Of a stretch of 64,000 bases of DNA, positions 1 through 11,468 are shown in pieces. The notes beneath the pieces are model-generated. The model saw only the letters and a list, made by a program, of their open reading frames with translations, had not been told where the DNA came from and made no database searches. The stretch is taken from the NCBI GenBank assembly GCA_964187785.1, contig OZ076413.1:50284001-50348000 (forward strand), in the 5' to 3' direction. The stretch is from Amphiscolops sp. MND2022 (lineage: Eukaryota). Numbering within the stretch: the first letter of the stretch is position 1; every line of letters begins with the position of its first letter. Both the position numbers and the translations under genes were made by a program.

Positions 1-2
1 CT

Positions 3-3000
3 ACCGCTACTGGGACCCTGATAGAAGAAGTTCCACAACGGCACGAAGAAACAGCAGTCAGCCAGGCTACTGCGACACTAAAAGACGCTGAGTCCAAACA
101 GCCTGAACCGCCAAAAGACAATTCAGCAAAGCCTGACCCAACTTCTAGTCCATCCACTAAAGAGAGTATCTCTGCGTACATCGAACGTCAGTTGCAGACT
201 CTAGGTTGTCAGGGCACTGGACTGGACATCTCTTTCTTGCCTCCTACTACATCTGCCATCGTAAACAAGGCACCTGAGCCAACAGCTGAGAAGGTTTCTG
301 AGTCGGAACCAATCCCCCAGGTCGCAACCGGGTCAGCAGACAAGGAGTCGCCCGAAGTTGAAACCGAACGAATGACTGACATCGTCAGTGAAGCAGGCTT
401 TTCCGTCACCAAGACGGCTTATTTCCAGACAGACACCAGCGACATTGAGGAGTTGCTTGATAGTTCCGGAGCTGAGACTGCCAAAGAATCTCCTTTCCTG
501 ATCGCGATAGAAGTTCAAAGCGCCACCGGGTCAGAAGCCCGCAAAAAGACTGAGCAATTGACCTCAGCAGGGTTGCCAGAAGTCTCCTCTCCAAAACTTT
601 TCAGCCCCACAAGACCTCTATCCGCCTCTGCTCGCACTCTCATCAATCAACTTTTCAGCGCGACCAACCCAAGCATCCACCCAGTGGGTCATGCAACTGT
701 AGCCTTTAATCAGGGACAGGTGCATTCCATCTTGCGCGTCGTGTCCACTGAGACCGTTACTTCTTCTCTTCATCAAATGAAGAATATACTGGAGGAAGCG
801 ATCCGGGTGGGAATCCGTTCCCAAGGCAACCAACAAGGACTCGGCAAACAGCGGATCAAATGCTTCCGCAAACAGCCTGACAGCCCTGGACCGGATGGGC
901 AAGATAGCGACGTTGGAATTGAGGGGTACACCAGCGAAGCCCTTAGTTCAGAAGATGAGTTTGTCATCAACTCACAAAGGACCGGAAAGGAGCTCAGCAT
1001 CTATCCTCCCCCAAGTCCTCATGGCCAAGGTTCGCCTTCCACGCCTGGACCATCATCTACCCACCAAGTCCCCAGTCCAGGGTTCTACTCCACTGACTAT
1101 GAGCAATTGGATACATTGACTGCAGACCAAGCCTCCGCCTCTAGTCGACTGCTTCCAGGACGCACCGGCAAAATAATGAAGGAGGACTATTTCAAAGGAA
1201 TCCAAGTGACCCGCACGTTTGTTACTGGCCCACTAGACCCAGAGCACAACAAACTCAAATTCTATTGCCAAATATGCAAGACGAATGTTTCGATCTTCTC
1301 AAAAGGCGCCCGGGAGATTGTTCGTCATTTCCAGTGTGAATCCCATTTCCGTAAGGACCAGCGCTGGAGATTCGAGCATTTGAAGAAGAAGGACAAGGTG
1401 ACTGGCCGAATTGTCCATGAAGTTAGGGGGAAAAAGGCCAACTACTGACTCCTCTGGAACTTGAGAGGGAGAAACCCTTCTTCATGCAGGCCCCCTTAGT
1501 TGAATTTGGTTGCAGTTACCCGTTTTACGAAGACCACATGGCAGGCCTGGGATCCATTGCCGGACAGGAGGACATCAGACTGTGCCTCCAAATTTCCATG
1601 GTTGCTCTCTTCGCTCCTCGCTGTGGGAATCTACATGTCCTTGAGTCGCTATGGTCGCAGATTGGCACTGTAACCAATCACCAGAATCTGTTCTCTCCAT
1701 ACGATTGGGGCTCCTCCACATTGACAGTAAGTATCGTCAATTTCTAGCCTCAAGGTCCCTGCGGACTAGCATAGTCTAGATATATTTTCATCCTTGTTGA
1801 TTTGTTTCAGACAATTTTCCATCACATCTTCCTCTGTGGTATCGCAGACATTGCGTACCAAGTCAGTGTCACAGGCCAGTACGCTTTGGAGTTTGAGATG
1901 CGAGGCACCTACAGCTTTTTCTCGATTCGTTTCTGGATGGGCGAATCCCTCAATGTCGTCCGTTTGCTGCGCTACCAGACTGCTTGAGAGCCCGCTGCAG
2001 GTTTCCTGTTGGCACTTTCCCGGCTCTTTTCCGTGTTGTCAAGACAGCCTCAAATCGTGAATGTGTCTGGATGTCCCACTGAGCTAATCCCGCTTCTTGA
2101 GCGTTCTTGCTTCTTCCAAAAAGGAATTGAGTACCCTTTTCGATTCGATGCACTATCTTTGCCGGACATGATGCACGAACGGTGGGGAAGCGTGTTTGGA
2201 ATCATCAGCTTCTCACTATTGAAGTTTCTGGTCGCCTTCTTGGACGGCTGCAGTGGACAACCATGGGCTGCCCTAATGCCAGAATTCGTCAAGGTAAGGT
2301 CAATGTCTCTTCGACCACAGGTCCAGTTTTAGATTGATTCCAATATACATAATGTATGTAGGCCATGTCTACCTATCATCTGGGAATCGCTGCTGTGCCT
2401 ACCATATTTTCGGAGCTGATCGCGAACTGGAAGTTTGCGCACCAACATTTGACAAAGATTGCGCCACCACAAGTGAATCAGGGAGTCAAGAGCAAGCCTC
2501 AAAGCCTTGAGTGGGAAATCATTGCTGACAATTTCTTCACAATCAAACTGGAATTCTTCGCACGGATTGTTTGTGATTGTTAGTATAGTGATCTTTTCAT
2601 TCTGTCCTCGGGCCACATGGTCTCGGTTTTACTTGTCACTGAGCAAAGCTCATCCATGATATAGTAGATTGTCATATTAGGTCCAAGGATGTCACATGGA
2701 CCAGGTGGGACGATAATATATTTTGTTTTCCAGACACCAAGAGCTTCGAGAGCCAATTTGCACAGCGAAGAGATAGTGGTTTCTACACTTTCCGCGAATT
2801 CCACACCTTCATCCGAAAGCTGGCTGCCCGTGCTCTTCTTCCCAGACATGTGCCCGAGATACTGGACTGGAAATCGCTAAGTGACTTGCAAGGACAGAAC
2901 TGGCGGCAACTGTCAAATCGCGATTTCTTGAGCCGCTTGAAGCTAAAAGAGAATTTGGATGCTGCTTGTCTCGCTCGTGTCAAGAAGATTTACAGTGAGA

Positions 3001-3884
3001 AACAATTGACTCCTGAAGAAACAGAGGCTGCAGTTGAAGCCACTCGGGACGATTTCGCCACTAAGGCCCGAGGTTACCTTGTTCACCTTTTGAAAGTCTT
3101 CCTTGCAGACATTAGCCTCAATGCTGGTATCGTCAGAGGCTTGGGCAGTTTCGATCCAGTATCCATCTTGAGTCTGCCACTCGAACAAGCCACATATTGC
3201 TTCTCTGCTTTATATCGGTCCTTCAGTTTACGAGGATGGCTGGAGATTTCCCCAGAGACCGATGCCCGAGACGAGTACGTCGATTTTGTAGAGTGCTTCC
3301 GCAAGGCAACATATGGAGCCAAGGACACCCCGGAGGTCTTCACCGACATGGTAGCCTTCCTGATGGGCATGCCTGAACTGAAGTTGCGCAAACATTTATT
3401 CTTCATCTTCCAGTTGAGTTGTCTGTGTCTAACTTCTAAATTGCCAGAGCTCCCAGCTATCAAATTCTCTGGAGTTGACTGCAGTGATCCCCGAAGTAGG
3501 CTTTTCGATGTCATCATGCCTGCACAGTCCTACCTTGCTAATGTGGCGAACTCAGTGGCTGTATGTACTACAGAAGCTTCTCTGGGTACTTTCAAAGATC
3601 TGGAATTCCGTTTCAGTAGCGACAACGTCCCAGGAGATCCTTGGTCACATGTTGACAGTTTCGGCAAGGCCAATTTGCATAAAACCCTGATCGCAGTCTA
3701 CAAGGCTTTGGGCAAGAGTGTCCGTCTTGACATCGAGTCCGCTTCCAGCTCATCATCTAAAGAAGGGGGAAAACAGCGAAAGCAGTCCCCCGATAAAGTC
3801 AAGAAGGTTCTCTTCCGGATAACTAGCGGCACTGAAGCTACAAAGTCCTCCGATGGAAACACTCCCGGAACTTCTAAATCTTAA
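3..3884 (+). pseudogene. Spliced 4-exon gene (5' end outside window): low-complexity N-terminus, BED/C2H2-type zinc finger, degenerate hAT-transposase-like body
   Basis: Frame is open from base 3. Introns 1727-1810 (GTAAGT..TTTCAG, phase 0), 2294-2361 (GTAAGG..ATGTAG, phase 0) and 2579-2733 (GTTAGT..TTCCAG, phase 1) join the ORFs starting at 192/1484, 1802/2009, 2365 and 2850 in frame. Zinc finger FYCQIC..RHFQCESH at 1260-1345. Lesions: one frameshift in GGGGGAAAAA (~1430) and one TGA (1985). hAT similarity is inferred by eye. Confidence 0.7.
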
Positions 3885-4117
3885 ATGTACAAAGAGTACA
3901 TTTGTTTCTAGACTGTAATTGTTGTAAACTGTTTTGTATTTATTTCATCTATTTGTTGGTTTGTTTGGGTGTGGCCTTGTAATATTCGCCACTGAGTCTT
4001 CTTTATTGCATATAATTATTTCAAGTAGGATAATATGTCAGAAAAGTCCCAAGTAAAAAATAAATGTCCTCACGGACTAGTAGTAATAGAAAAGGGACTG
4101 GTAATTCAAGTTTCTGG

Positions 4118-7100
4118 CTAGTATCTGTATTCATCAGTGCAGTTGGGGTTGGGGTTAGGTCGAAGATTATATCTCCCTCCTCTAGGGCTAAAGTTTTCTT
4201 CAGAGTTTCCTTTTTCCGATATTCCAGGCACGGTAATATCTGCGCCTGTTTGAAACATTTCCTGTATCTTGTAAATCATTAGTGACGTCATTTTCATTTT
4301 GCGTACTATTAGTCGTTTCATCCAATGGTGACGACACGTCTCGGCTATTACGCGATTGCGTTCGTGTTTCATTCTCGGTGACGTCATCTTCGTTAGATCG
4401 TTCGCTGTGGCTTTCAGTCTCGCCTGCGCTGCCGCGTTCTTTCTCGATGACGTAATTTTCTACACTGCCGTCCTCAGCGTCGGTCGGCCGGCGTGTGGCC
4501 ACGTCGGTCCAATCATCTTTTCTCGGTTCAAATAATTCGTATTCGAAATTTACTTTACATGAGATAGTGTACAAGTCGTCTTGTGGGATTACTATCTCAT
4601 TGTCGGGTTGTAATTTTTCGCCATCATATTTATCCTCTAAGGGGGCATTCGGTACGAATTTCTTTAGTCTAATACGATGGAGTATTTGCGTTTTATTAAT
4701 ATTCAATCGACGCACAATATAATTGTCATTGGACAGTACTGTCTGAACGACAAAGGGGCCAATCCACCTGTATTCTCTGAATGGGATTTTTGATGCTTCA
4801 CTATTCGCTTTAGGCTGTAAAACAAAGCAATAATCCTTCTCTTTAAGCGGAGCCGCTTTGGCCTTTCGGTCGTAATAGTCTTTGTACTTTAAATAGGACT
4901 GCATAATGTTCTTTTTAGTCTGGTCGATGAGGATTTTTGTCTTCTGTTGTACTTCTTCCGCAAATTCCGTAGTTGGCAAGAAATATTGTTGGGATTGTTT
5001 CCCAATTTGTGATCTAGGACGTTTAAAGGAATTCTGCCATGAAAAACTTTACTCGGTTCACATCCAATACTGGAGTGGTATGTAGTTTTGTAGTTGAGCA
5101 CGGCCAATGGCAAGTATTTATGCCACTGTCGTCGATATTCCCCTGAGGCCATTTTCAAGTTGGTCTTGAGTGAGGCGTGCGTCCTTTCGAGCTTGCCAAT
5201 TGTTTGCGGGTGCTTTGTAGTGGCGCATTTGAGTGTTATACCCAAAATTTGAGTTATTTCAGCCATGATGGTTGATGTAAATTCGGACCCTTTGTCCGTA
5301 ATAAGAGCTATCGGTAAATATGAGTGTTTCGTCATAATATCTAATATTATTTTGGCTACATTTGTGGCTGTCGCCTCAATTAGCGGGTAGGCGAACAAGT
5401 ATCTTGAAAAAACGTCAATAGCTGTCTTTACTGTTTGGTATCCGCCGCTGGTCGGTAGATTTGGTAATAATTCAATTTGCATGGCATCTTCAGGACCGAG
5501 GTCCCATTCGGGCAGATTTACCAATTCTGGTGTATTAGTATTATTAGGGACCCTCTTGTCTCCCTAATTGGCACACGTTTCGCAGCCCTCTACCCATTTT
5601 CTAACATGTTTTGCCATTCCAGGAGAGTAGTATTTTTTAGCGAATTTCTTGTAGCATTTTGGATATGCCTGGGTGTCGATGTGCCGTGCCATGTATTGCT
5701 TGTAGTAATTCTTTCAACAAATGTTTCGGCAGTAGAATCTGGTGGTATTTGATTTGGCCTGTTTCATCATAGTATTTTCATGTCACAATTTCGTCTTTGA
5801 GGACTATTCGGTCTAGGTTATTCAAATAATGTCTATACCGAATGTCCTGTTGAGGATTTCTTCAGAGTATTCCTCATTCTGGATTTTTGCTTTTAATTGA
5901 AGCAAGATCGGGTCTTTGGATTGTTCTAGCAGTATTTGATTAGTTCTGCGGAGTTTCTGGGTGAAATTAGTAATTTATTCTACGACATTTTTGGATATGG
6001 CATCAATATGGATGACGGTCTCCGCGACCTTGAGTCCTGCTTTTGATTGCCTTTTTCGTTCCCAAATTTGTTCTTCCGTTTCATTATCTTCCTCGGTAAA
6101 GAACACTTGTTCCTCTTCGGACACGCCGGCCGATTGAACATTGACTTCAATTGGTTGTGTTTTAACGTCTGCGCGAATCTTCAGGACCAACTTTTCAGTA
6201 GGGTCCATTTCCATACGGGACAGGTAGTCTGCCGCTGTATTTTTTTTGCCTGGAATGTGGGCTATAGTGAAAGTGAACTGGATGACGAAATCACATGCAT
6301 TCCATAATGGCGGCGATATAATCTTGGTCTGGAAGAACCTTGTGACCGATTTGTTATCTGTAAGGATAATTACCGGTTTGGGTGTCCCCCAAAATATATG
6401 TCCGAATTCTTTGAAAGCGTAATATATGGCGAGAAATTCTTTCGCATATATTGACATTTTGAGTTGGGAAGGAATAAAAGTTTTCGAGCCATAAGCAATA
6501 GGCGCATAAGATTTCTTGACTGAAGTGAATTTCTGGTTTGGAAAATCTTCGGTAAGTATAGCATATCCTGCTGCCGTAAAGCTGGCATCTGTCATTAGGA
6601 CTACCTGTCGATTCGGCAGTGGTTGCCTCAAGGCTAGCTGGCTACATCGATCCAGATCTCTATTGATTTCGTTGAATTGTTCGATTAACTCCGATGTCAC
6701 TAAGACCTTCTCGTCCTTCTTGAGTAGTTGAAAGAAGCGAACCAATTTTTCTGACAGTCTCGGTATGTAGTTCTTGTAGTAATTGAGGAATCCTAGGTAT
6801 CGTTGCAAGGCCTTTTTGAATTTCGGGAATTTGTTTTTTAGGAAGTTTGTAATGCTATCTTTTTGAGGCTTGACAACCTCGGGGGTGATTGTTCTTCCTA
6901 GAATGTCGATTTCGGTTGCGTCGAAATGGCATTTGTGCATTGTCAACTTTAATCCAGCCTCTCTGATGCATTCAAATGTTGCTCGGAGGTTTTTGATCAA
7001 GTGTTCAGCATCGTTTGCCGCTATGCCAATGTTGTCAACATATTGCGCGCATTGATCAGCGTTGATAACTCGGACCAAGTGTTCCCTCATACAACTGGAG

Positions 7101-9085
7101 AAGGCCGACAGGGCTCTACTGAGTCCTTCAGCCAATCTTCTGTAAGCGATAGTTCTGCTGGCAAAATTGAAGGCCAACATTTCAATAGACCTTTGATCTG
7201 CCATCTGAAGGCAGTGGTACGCCTGTGAAGAATCGAGTTTGCAAAAGAGCTTCTTCCCGGCCATATGTTACGCAGCGTCCGTCAAGGTACTAACTGGGTG
7301 GTTATTATTAATGTAATCATCGGAGATCAAATTATCGATCTTCGTGAGATCTACTAATAACCGTAGCTTCCCATTGGGCTTCTTCTGCGCAAAAATAGGA
7401 CTGGCGTATTTTGAGAACGGTAACGTAGTTATGATACCGTATTTGTGGAGTAACGCCAACTCAACCTGGATGTCCTCTTTAAAATTGATCGGAGTCGGTA
7501 AGCTCTGGCTGTAGGCAGGTGAGTCGTCCTTCGGGGTCAGTTTGACCGTGAACTCCTCATTCATCCCAATATCAGACCTATGGCGGGCGAATATGTCGTG
7601 AAATTCCACCAAGAGAGCTTCAATTTGTTTGATTTCATGCTGTTGTAGCATTGAGTCTCTCCAGTCGAAATTACTGAGGAACTTTTGCCGAGATTCTTCA
7701 TCTTCTTGAGGATTGAGGCTTTCTGCTTCTTGCAAATTTCGTAGTTCTCTGAGTATTCGTTTTTGTCTTGGCGTGTGGCACGCTTCGTCCCCCGGATTCT
7801 CAGGTGTTGGAAACCAATATTGTTCGTATTGGTCGTTGTTCCTGTTGGCTTTAAGAAGGCTGCTAATGTAGTGAACAGCGTCTTCTTCGTTTTCATTGGG
7901 GAGATGCCAGGTGGACACTGGGTCTATTGGCCTGACGTGTTTCATCTGCTCAGGCGTCATTACTGAAAAGTTGGCTAAGTGCATTCCCTTTTCGAGTTTG
8001 TAGGGTTGACCAGTAAAATTATTGACGTGTATCCTTGTTGTCCCTTCATCCAGCGTAGTTATAGCAGCGCAGAATGTTATGTCATTTTCTTCATTTAGGG
8101 GTTCACTGGGCTGTAAGATCCCAGTGACAGCGTTTTCTGCATAAATTCGGGATTGGATCGAGATAATTGTACGGTCACTTGGCGGAATTGTTACATCCTC
8201 AGGGTTGAGAGTGGGTTCCATGACGTTCGAGTATTTGTGGTCAGCCGTTTTCAATTGCATCGAGAAAAAGGGAAAATTGAGTATGCCTTGGCGCATGTCT
8301 AGGACTGTATGGTTTTTTTGTAAGAACATAAGTCCAATTATAGGGCTGGATAGTTTTTCCATTACAATGTAAATTTCATGGAACTCAATGTCCCCCACTT
8401 CAAATTTCAGTTCCACGGTACTTTTGGGAGTCTCTAGGTCGCCATTTGCGACCATTATCTGGAAAGATGGGGCAAGTCCCTCTTTGACTATAGATTGAGG
8501 CGCTAGTAGCCGTATTTTCCTGAGGTCTGTTTCTGGTATTGCACTGGAGTGGGCCCCAGTCTCTACGAGTCCATCTAACGTTAGTTCTCCGAAGTCCATT
8601 GGAAAGTATAACATCCGCCTTTTGATTTTAAGTCCAAGGTTGGTGGAAAGGGGAACGTATGGCGGTTCGCCTTGTTGTTCCACGAAGATATGTAGGAAGG
8701 CTGTTTCGTCTAGAAGGCTGTTGAGGCTTTGATAGTCTTCCTGGTGTTGAGGTTCCACTATTTCTTCTAGAAGGGCTTCAGAATTTGGCTGCCAAAGTTC
8801 AATGAGGGCCCTAGAGAGTTTGGTGTCCTCTATCTGGGGATCGTTCTCATCGTCCGTTGGTGGATAGTCGTCACGTCTGAATTGCAGGTTTTGTCTATCA
8901 AATAATTCGTCGTCCCAATACGGGTCCTTGCCGTACTCAAGATCAGGGTACTGAGAGTGATAATCTTCGATCACTGGTAAAGGTCGGAATTGAGTCTCAA
9001 AGTCGTTAGTATGGTCAATTTCGTAAAATCGGTCTGGGCGATCAATATGTACTATTTTATAAGTTCGGATACAGGCTTTTTCCAT
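4118..9085 (-). pseudogene. pol: Gypsy pol: aspartic protease, dUTPase-like remnant, RT, RNase H, integrase
   Basis: PR motif LVETGA (DTG mutated); RT motifs SPIFAQKK, LRLLVD, KLDSSQAYH, YVDN (YVDD mutated); RNase H MTDAS, ILTDNK, NTAADYLSR; IN AIDVFSRY, TDKGSEF, KLERTH, WIGPF. Split over ORFs 7268-9085, 5975-7264, 4889-5524, 4200-4979 and 4118-4387. Confidence 0.93.
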
Positions 9086-9254
9086 TTGTTGCTGCCAGAC
9101 AACTGTGGGAATACCTTTTGTATCCTCGATTCTTTAGCTGTAATTGATTATTGGAGGGTCTGAAATGACATATTGTTGAACTGACATATAGTCATTTATT
9201 TGGAGTCGTGGCCAAAATAGTTTTTTGAATCAGTCTTTTTGGTATTGGATTGGC

Positions 9255-10898
9255 TTAAACTAGTAGCCGCCGAGTCACTGGTTGTTTTAGGTTTGCCTTC
9301 CGAAGTTGAAGCAATTGCATCTTTCTGCTCTGTCTGTGGCCTCTTGGGACGTAGGGGAGCACCAGCGCCTTGCCAACATCTTTCAGTTGAATGGTTCTTT
9401 TTCCCGCATGTGTCACATGGTGGGTAAGTTGGACGCTATGGTTTTTTGCCATCTTTCTCCTCCATTTCTTTCTTTTTCTTGAGTTTAGGACAGCTTTTGT
9501 AATAATGTCCCGTCGCTTTACAATAGGAGCATTGGGCATCGTTGATGGTGTTGATGCCGTTAGACAGCAAATTGCTCTGATTCGTGGACGCCGAGGCCAT
9601 AGTGGCCATTGGTAAGTCATCTGAATCTTCTAATGCATTGAGTTCTAGTTCTCTTTCAAGATTAGCAACATTTTTTTTGTACGTTCCGTTCTCCAACCGG
9701 GCAATGTCGACAGATCGTTTCAGTTTTGGTGGAAGTTTCGCGTATAGCAAGCTGTCAATCATGCTTTTTGTATTTTCGCCAAAGGCTTTTTCAGCCCCTT
9801 GGTTCTATTCTTCCAAGAAGTCCGGCAATTTCATGGTACTTGGGTCGAACGTCAGTCAATGCCAATTGTTTTGCCGTTGCTTGGGATTCCGGTCTAACGT
9901 ATTTTCTCCGGAATATGACCAGTACGTCTTCTAGAGTCTGACGGTTGATGGAATTTATGTTCTTGAACGTCAGTAATGCCCCTTTTTGTAGCAATGAATG
10001 GAAATGATTGATTTTTATCTGTTCTGTCATTGCAGGTTGCATTTTGATCATCGTGTGGAACAAGTCCTCAAAGAGCTCAAACTTTTGGCTTTTCCCGTCA
10101 AACGTCATTGGCGTTGTTTGGACAGGTCTAATGGTCATATTGTGAATTATTTGTAAATTGACTAATACATCAGCCAATCTATTGAGCGGGTGCTGATGTG
10201 TCTCTGGGACCTCAGGGTCTGGGGCTGGCAGAATCGTGTCCAGAGAGACATTGTGGTTAGATTGTTGCATCTGCAGGTTCGGGATTGAGTGGATTCGTCC
10301 AGTCAGAAATTCAGGAATTTGCTGTTGGGTGTCAACAGCTCCTGTTACCATGTGAGAATCATGACCCGTGGTATCTATTAAGTCTCCTACAGATCGTGAA
10401 TCCTTCTTTGCAATCTTTATTTTATGCCCAGATGCGCTTTCCCTGTTTTCCTAACTATTAGGGGACAAACTGGCCTCAGTGTCTCTGTGCCCCGTAGAGG
10501 ACATTGAGTTAGCAATGTTTCGAATCTCTGGAATAACTCTCTCAGCTATAGCTGCCGTAATGGCCCTTTTTATCTGACTACGCATCATTGACATCATTGA
10601 GTCCAATTCTTGAAACAGTCTAAGATTAAATTCATTTAAGAAAGTTTCGAAGGACTGCCTAACTCCATTTTGTGTCAGTAAGTCATTTTCATGCAAGTAA
10701 TCTCTCTATTCATTTCCTTGGTACACATTTGTATCAGCGTCCCCGTGGGCCGACGACTGATCTATAGCATCAGCTAATTCTCTTTTTTTGGGATTATTAT
10801 TACCATTTCCCAGCATCACGTCGGTTTTCAAAGTCGGACATCATGTCCATTTCTCTAGATTTCCTGGCTTTAGCCTTTTGTTTTCTTGTGGAAGGCAT
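9255..10898 (-). pseudogene. gag: Gypsy gag with two CCHC zinc knuckles
   Basis: ATG at 10898 (MPSTRKQKAKARKSREMD). ORF 10451-10696 is in frame with 9791-10351 across one TAG. Capsid-like FDGKSQKFELFEDLF; knuckles CSYCKATGHYYKSC and CDTCGKKNHSTERC. Confidence 0.8.
10339..10350 (-). promoter_or_regulatory. Putative tRNA primer-binding site
   Basis: TGGTAACAGGAG immediately after ...CA; resembles the complement of a tRNA 3' end (Leu-type TGGTGTCAGGAG or iMet-type TGGTAGCAGAG). Confidence 0.5.
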
Positions 10899-11468
10899 AA
10901 GAGATTGTTACAATATAAAGAAATGAATTATCTTTTAGCTTGTAAATTCAGTGTGAGATTACTAACCGGTAAGTAACTAGCATGTAGTATCATACAAAAG
11001 TTGTTGTCCCCGGGACTAAATGTCCCGGCTATATATACTTGAAACTACATGACGTTCATAATTTTAGCAGTCATGAGCTAAAAATAGCCTTACGGGCATT
11101 CTAAATATAGCCAATGCTAAAAATAGCAACTAACATCATCATGACGTTATATACATCAAAGGGCCTTTCCGACAGTTAACATGTCGGGAAGCCCGTGAGT
11201 CCATACGAACAATCAACGATATACATGCATAAAACCGAACAGGATACATGTATTTTAACACTCGTTAGAATTGCATGAATTATATGGAAATGCACTAATA
11301 GCACGTTGTCTGCCATAGTTCATAAGTCCTTTGAGGACTAATAATGCATCGTATGAGAAATTAAAGCACCAGCACTTATGTAATTGATAATATTCACTAG
11401 CTAGCGCTTATAATTTAGTTACGGACTCAGTGTCCAATCGACATGTGCGGACCAGCGCTTTGTTGACA
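10351..11468 (-). repeat. Candidate 5' LTR of Gypsy element 1
   Basis: On the minus strand it starts TGTCAAC (11468) and ends CTCACA (10351), directly followed by PBS-like TGG. TATA-like TATATATAG at ~11030-11038. The partner LTR is not in the window. Confidence 0.5.

Larger units (their letters stand above)
4118..11468 (-). mobile_element. Ty3/Gypsy LTR retrotransposon 1 (degenerate; 3' LTR not in window)
   Basis: Minus-strand domain order gag - PR - RT - RNase H - IN. Candidate 5' LTR is bounded TG..CA with a PBS-like TGGTAACAGGAG. Confidence 0.92.

Noticed and set aside
4143..4160. GGGGTT/GGTTAG repeat resembling telomeric DNA
   Set aside because: It encodes PNPNPN in the pol tail on the minus strand and is too short to be an array.
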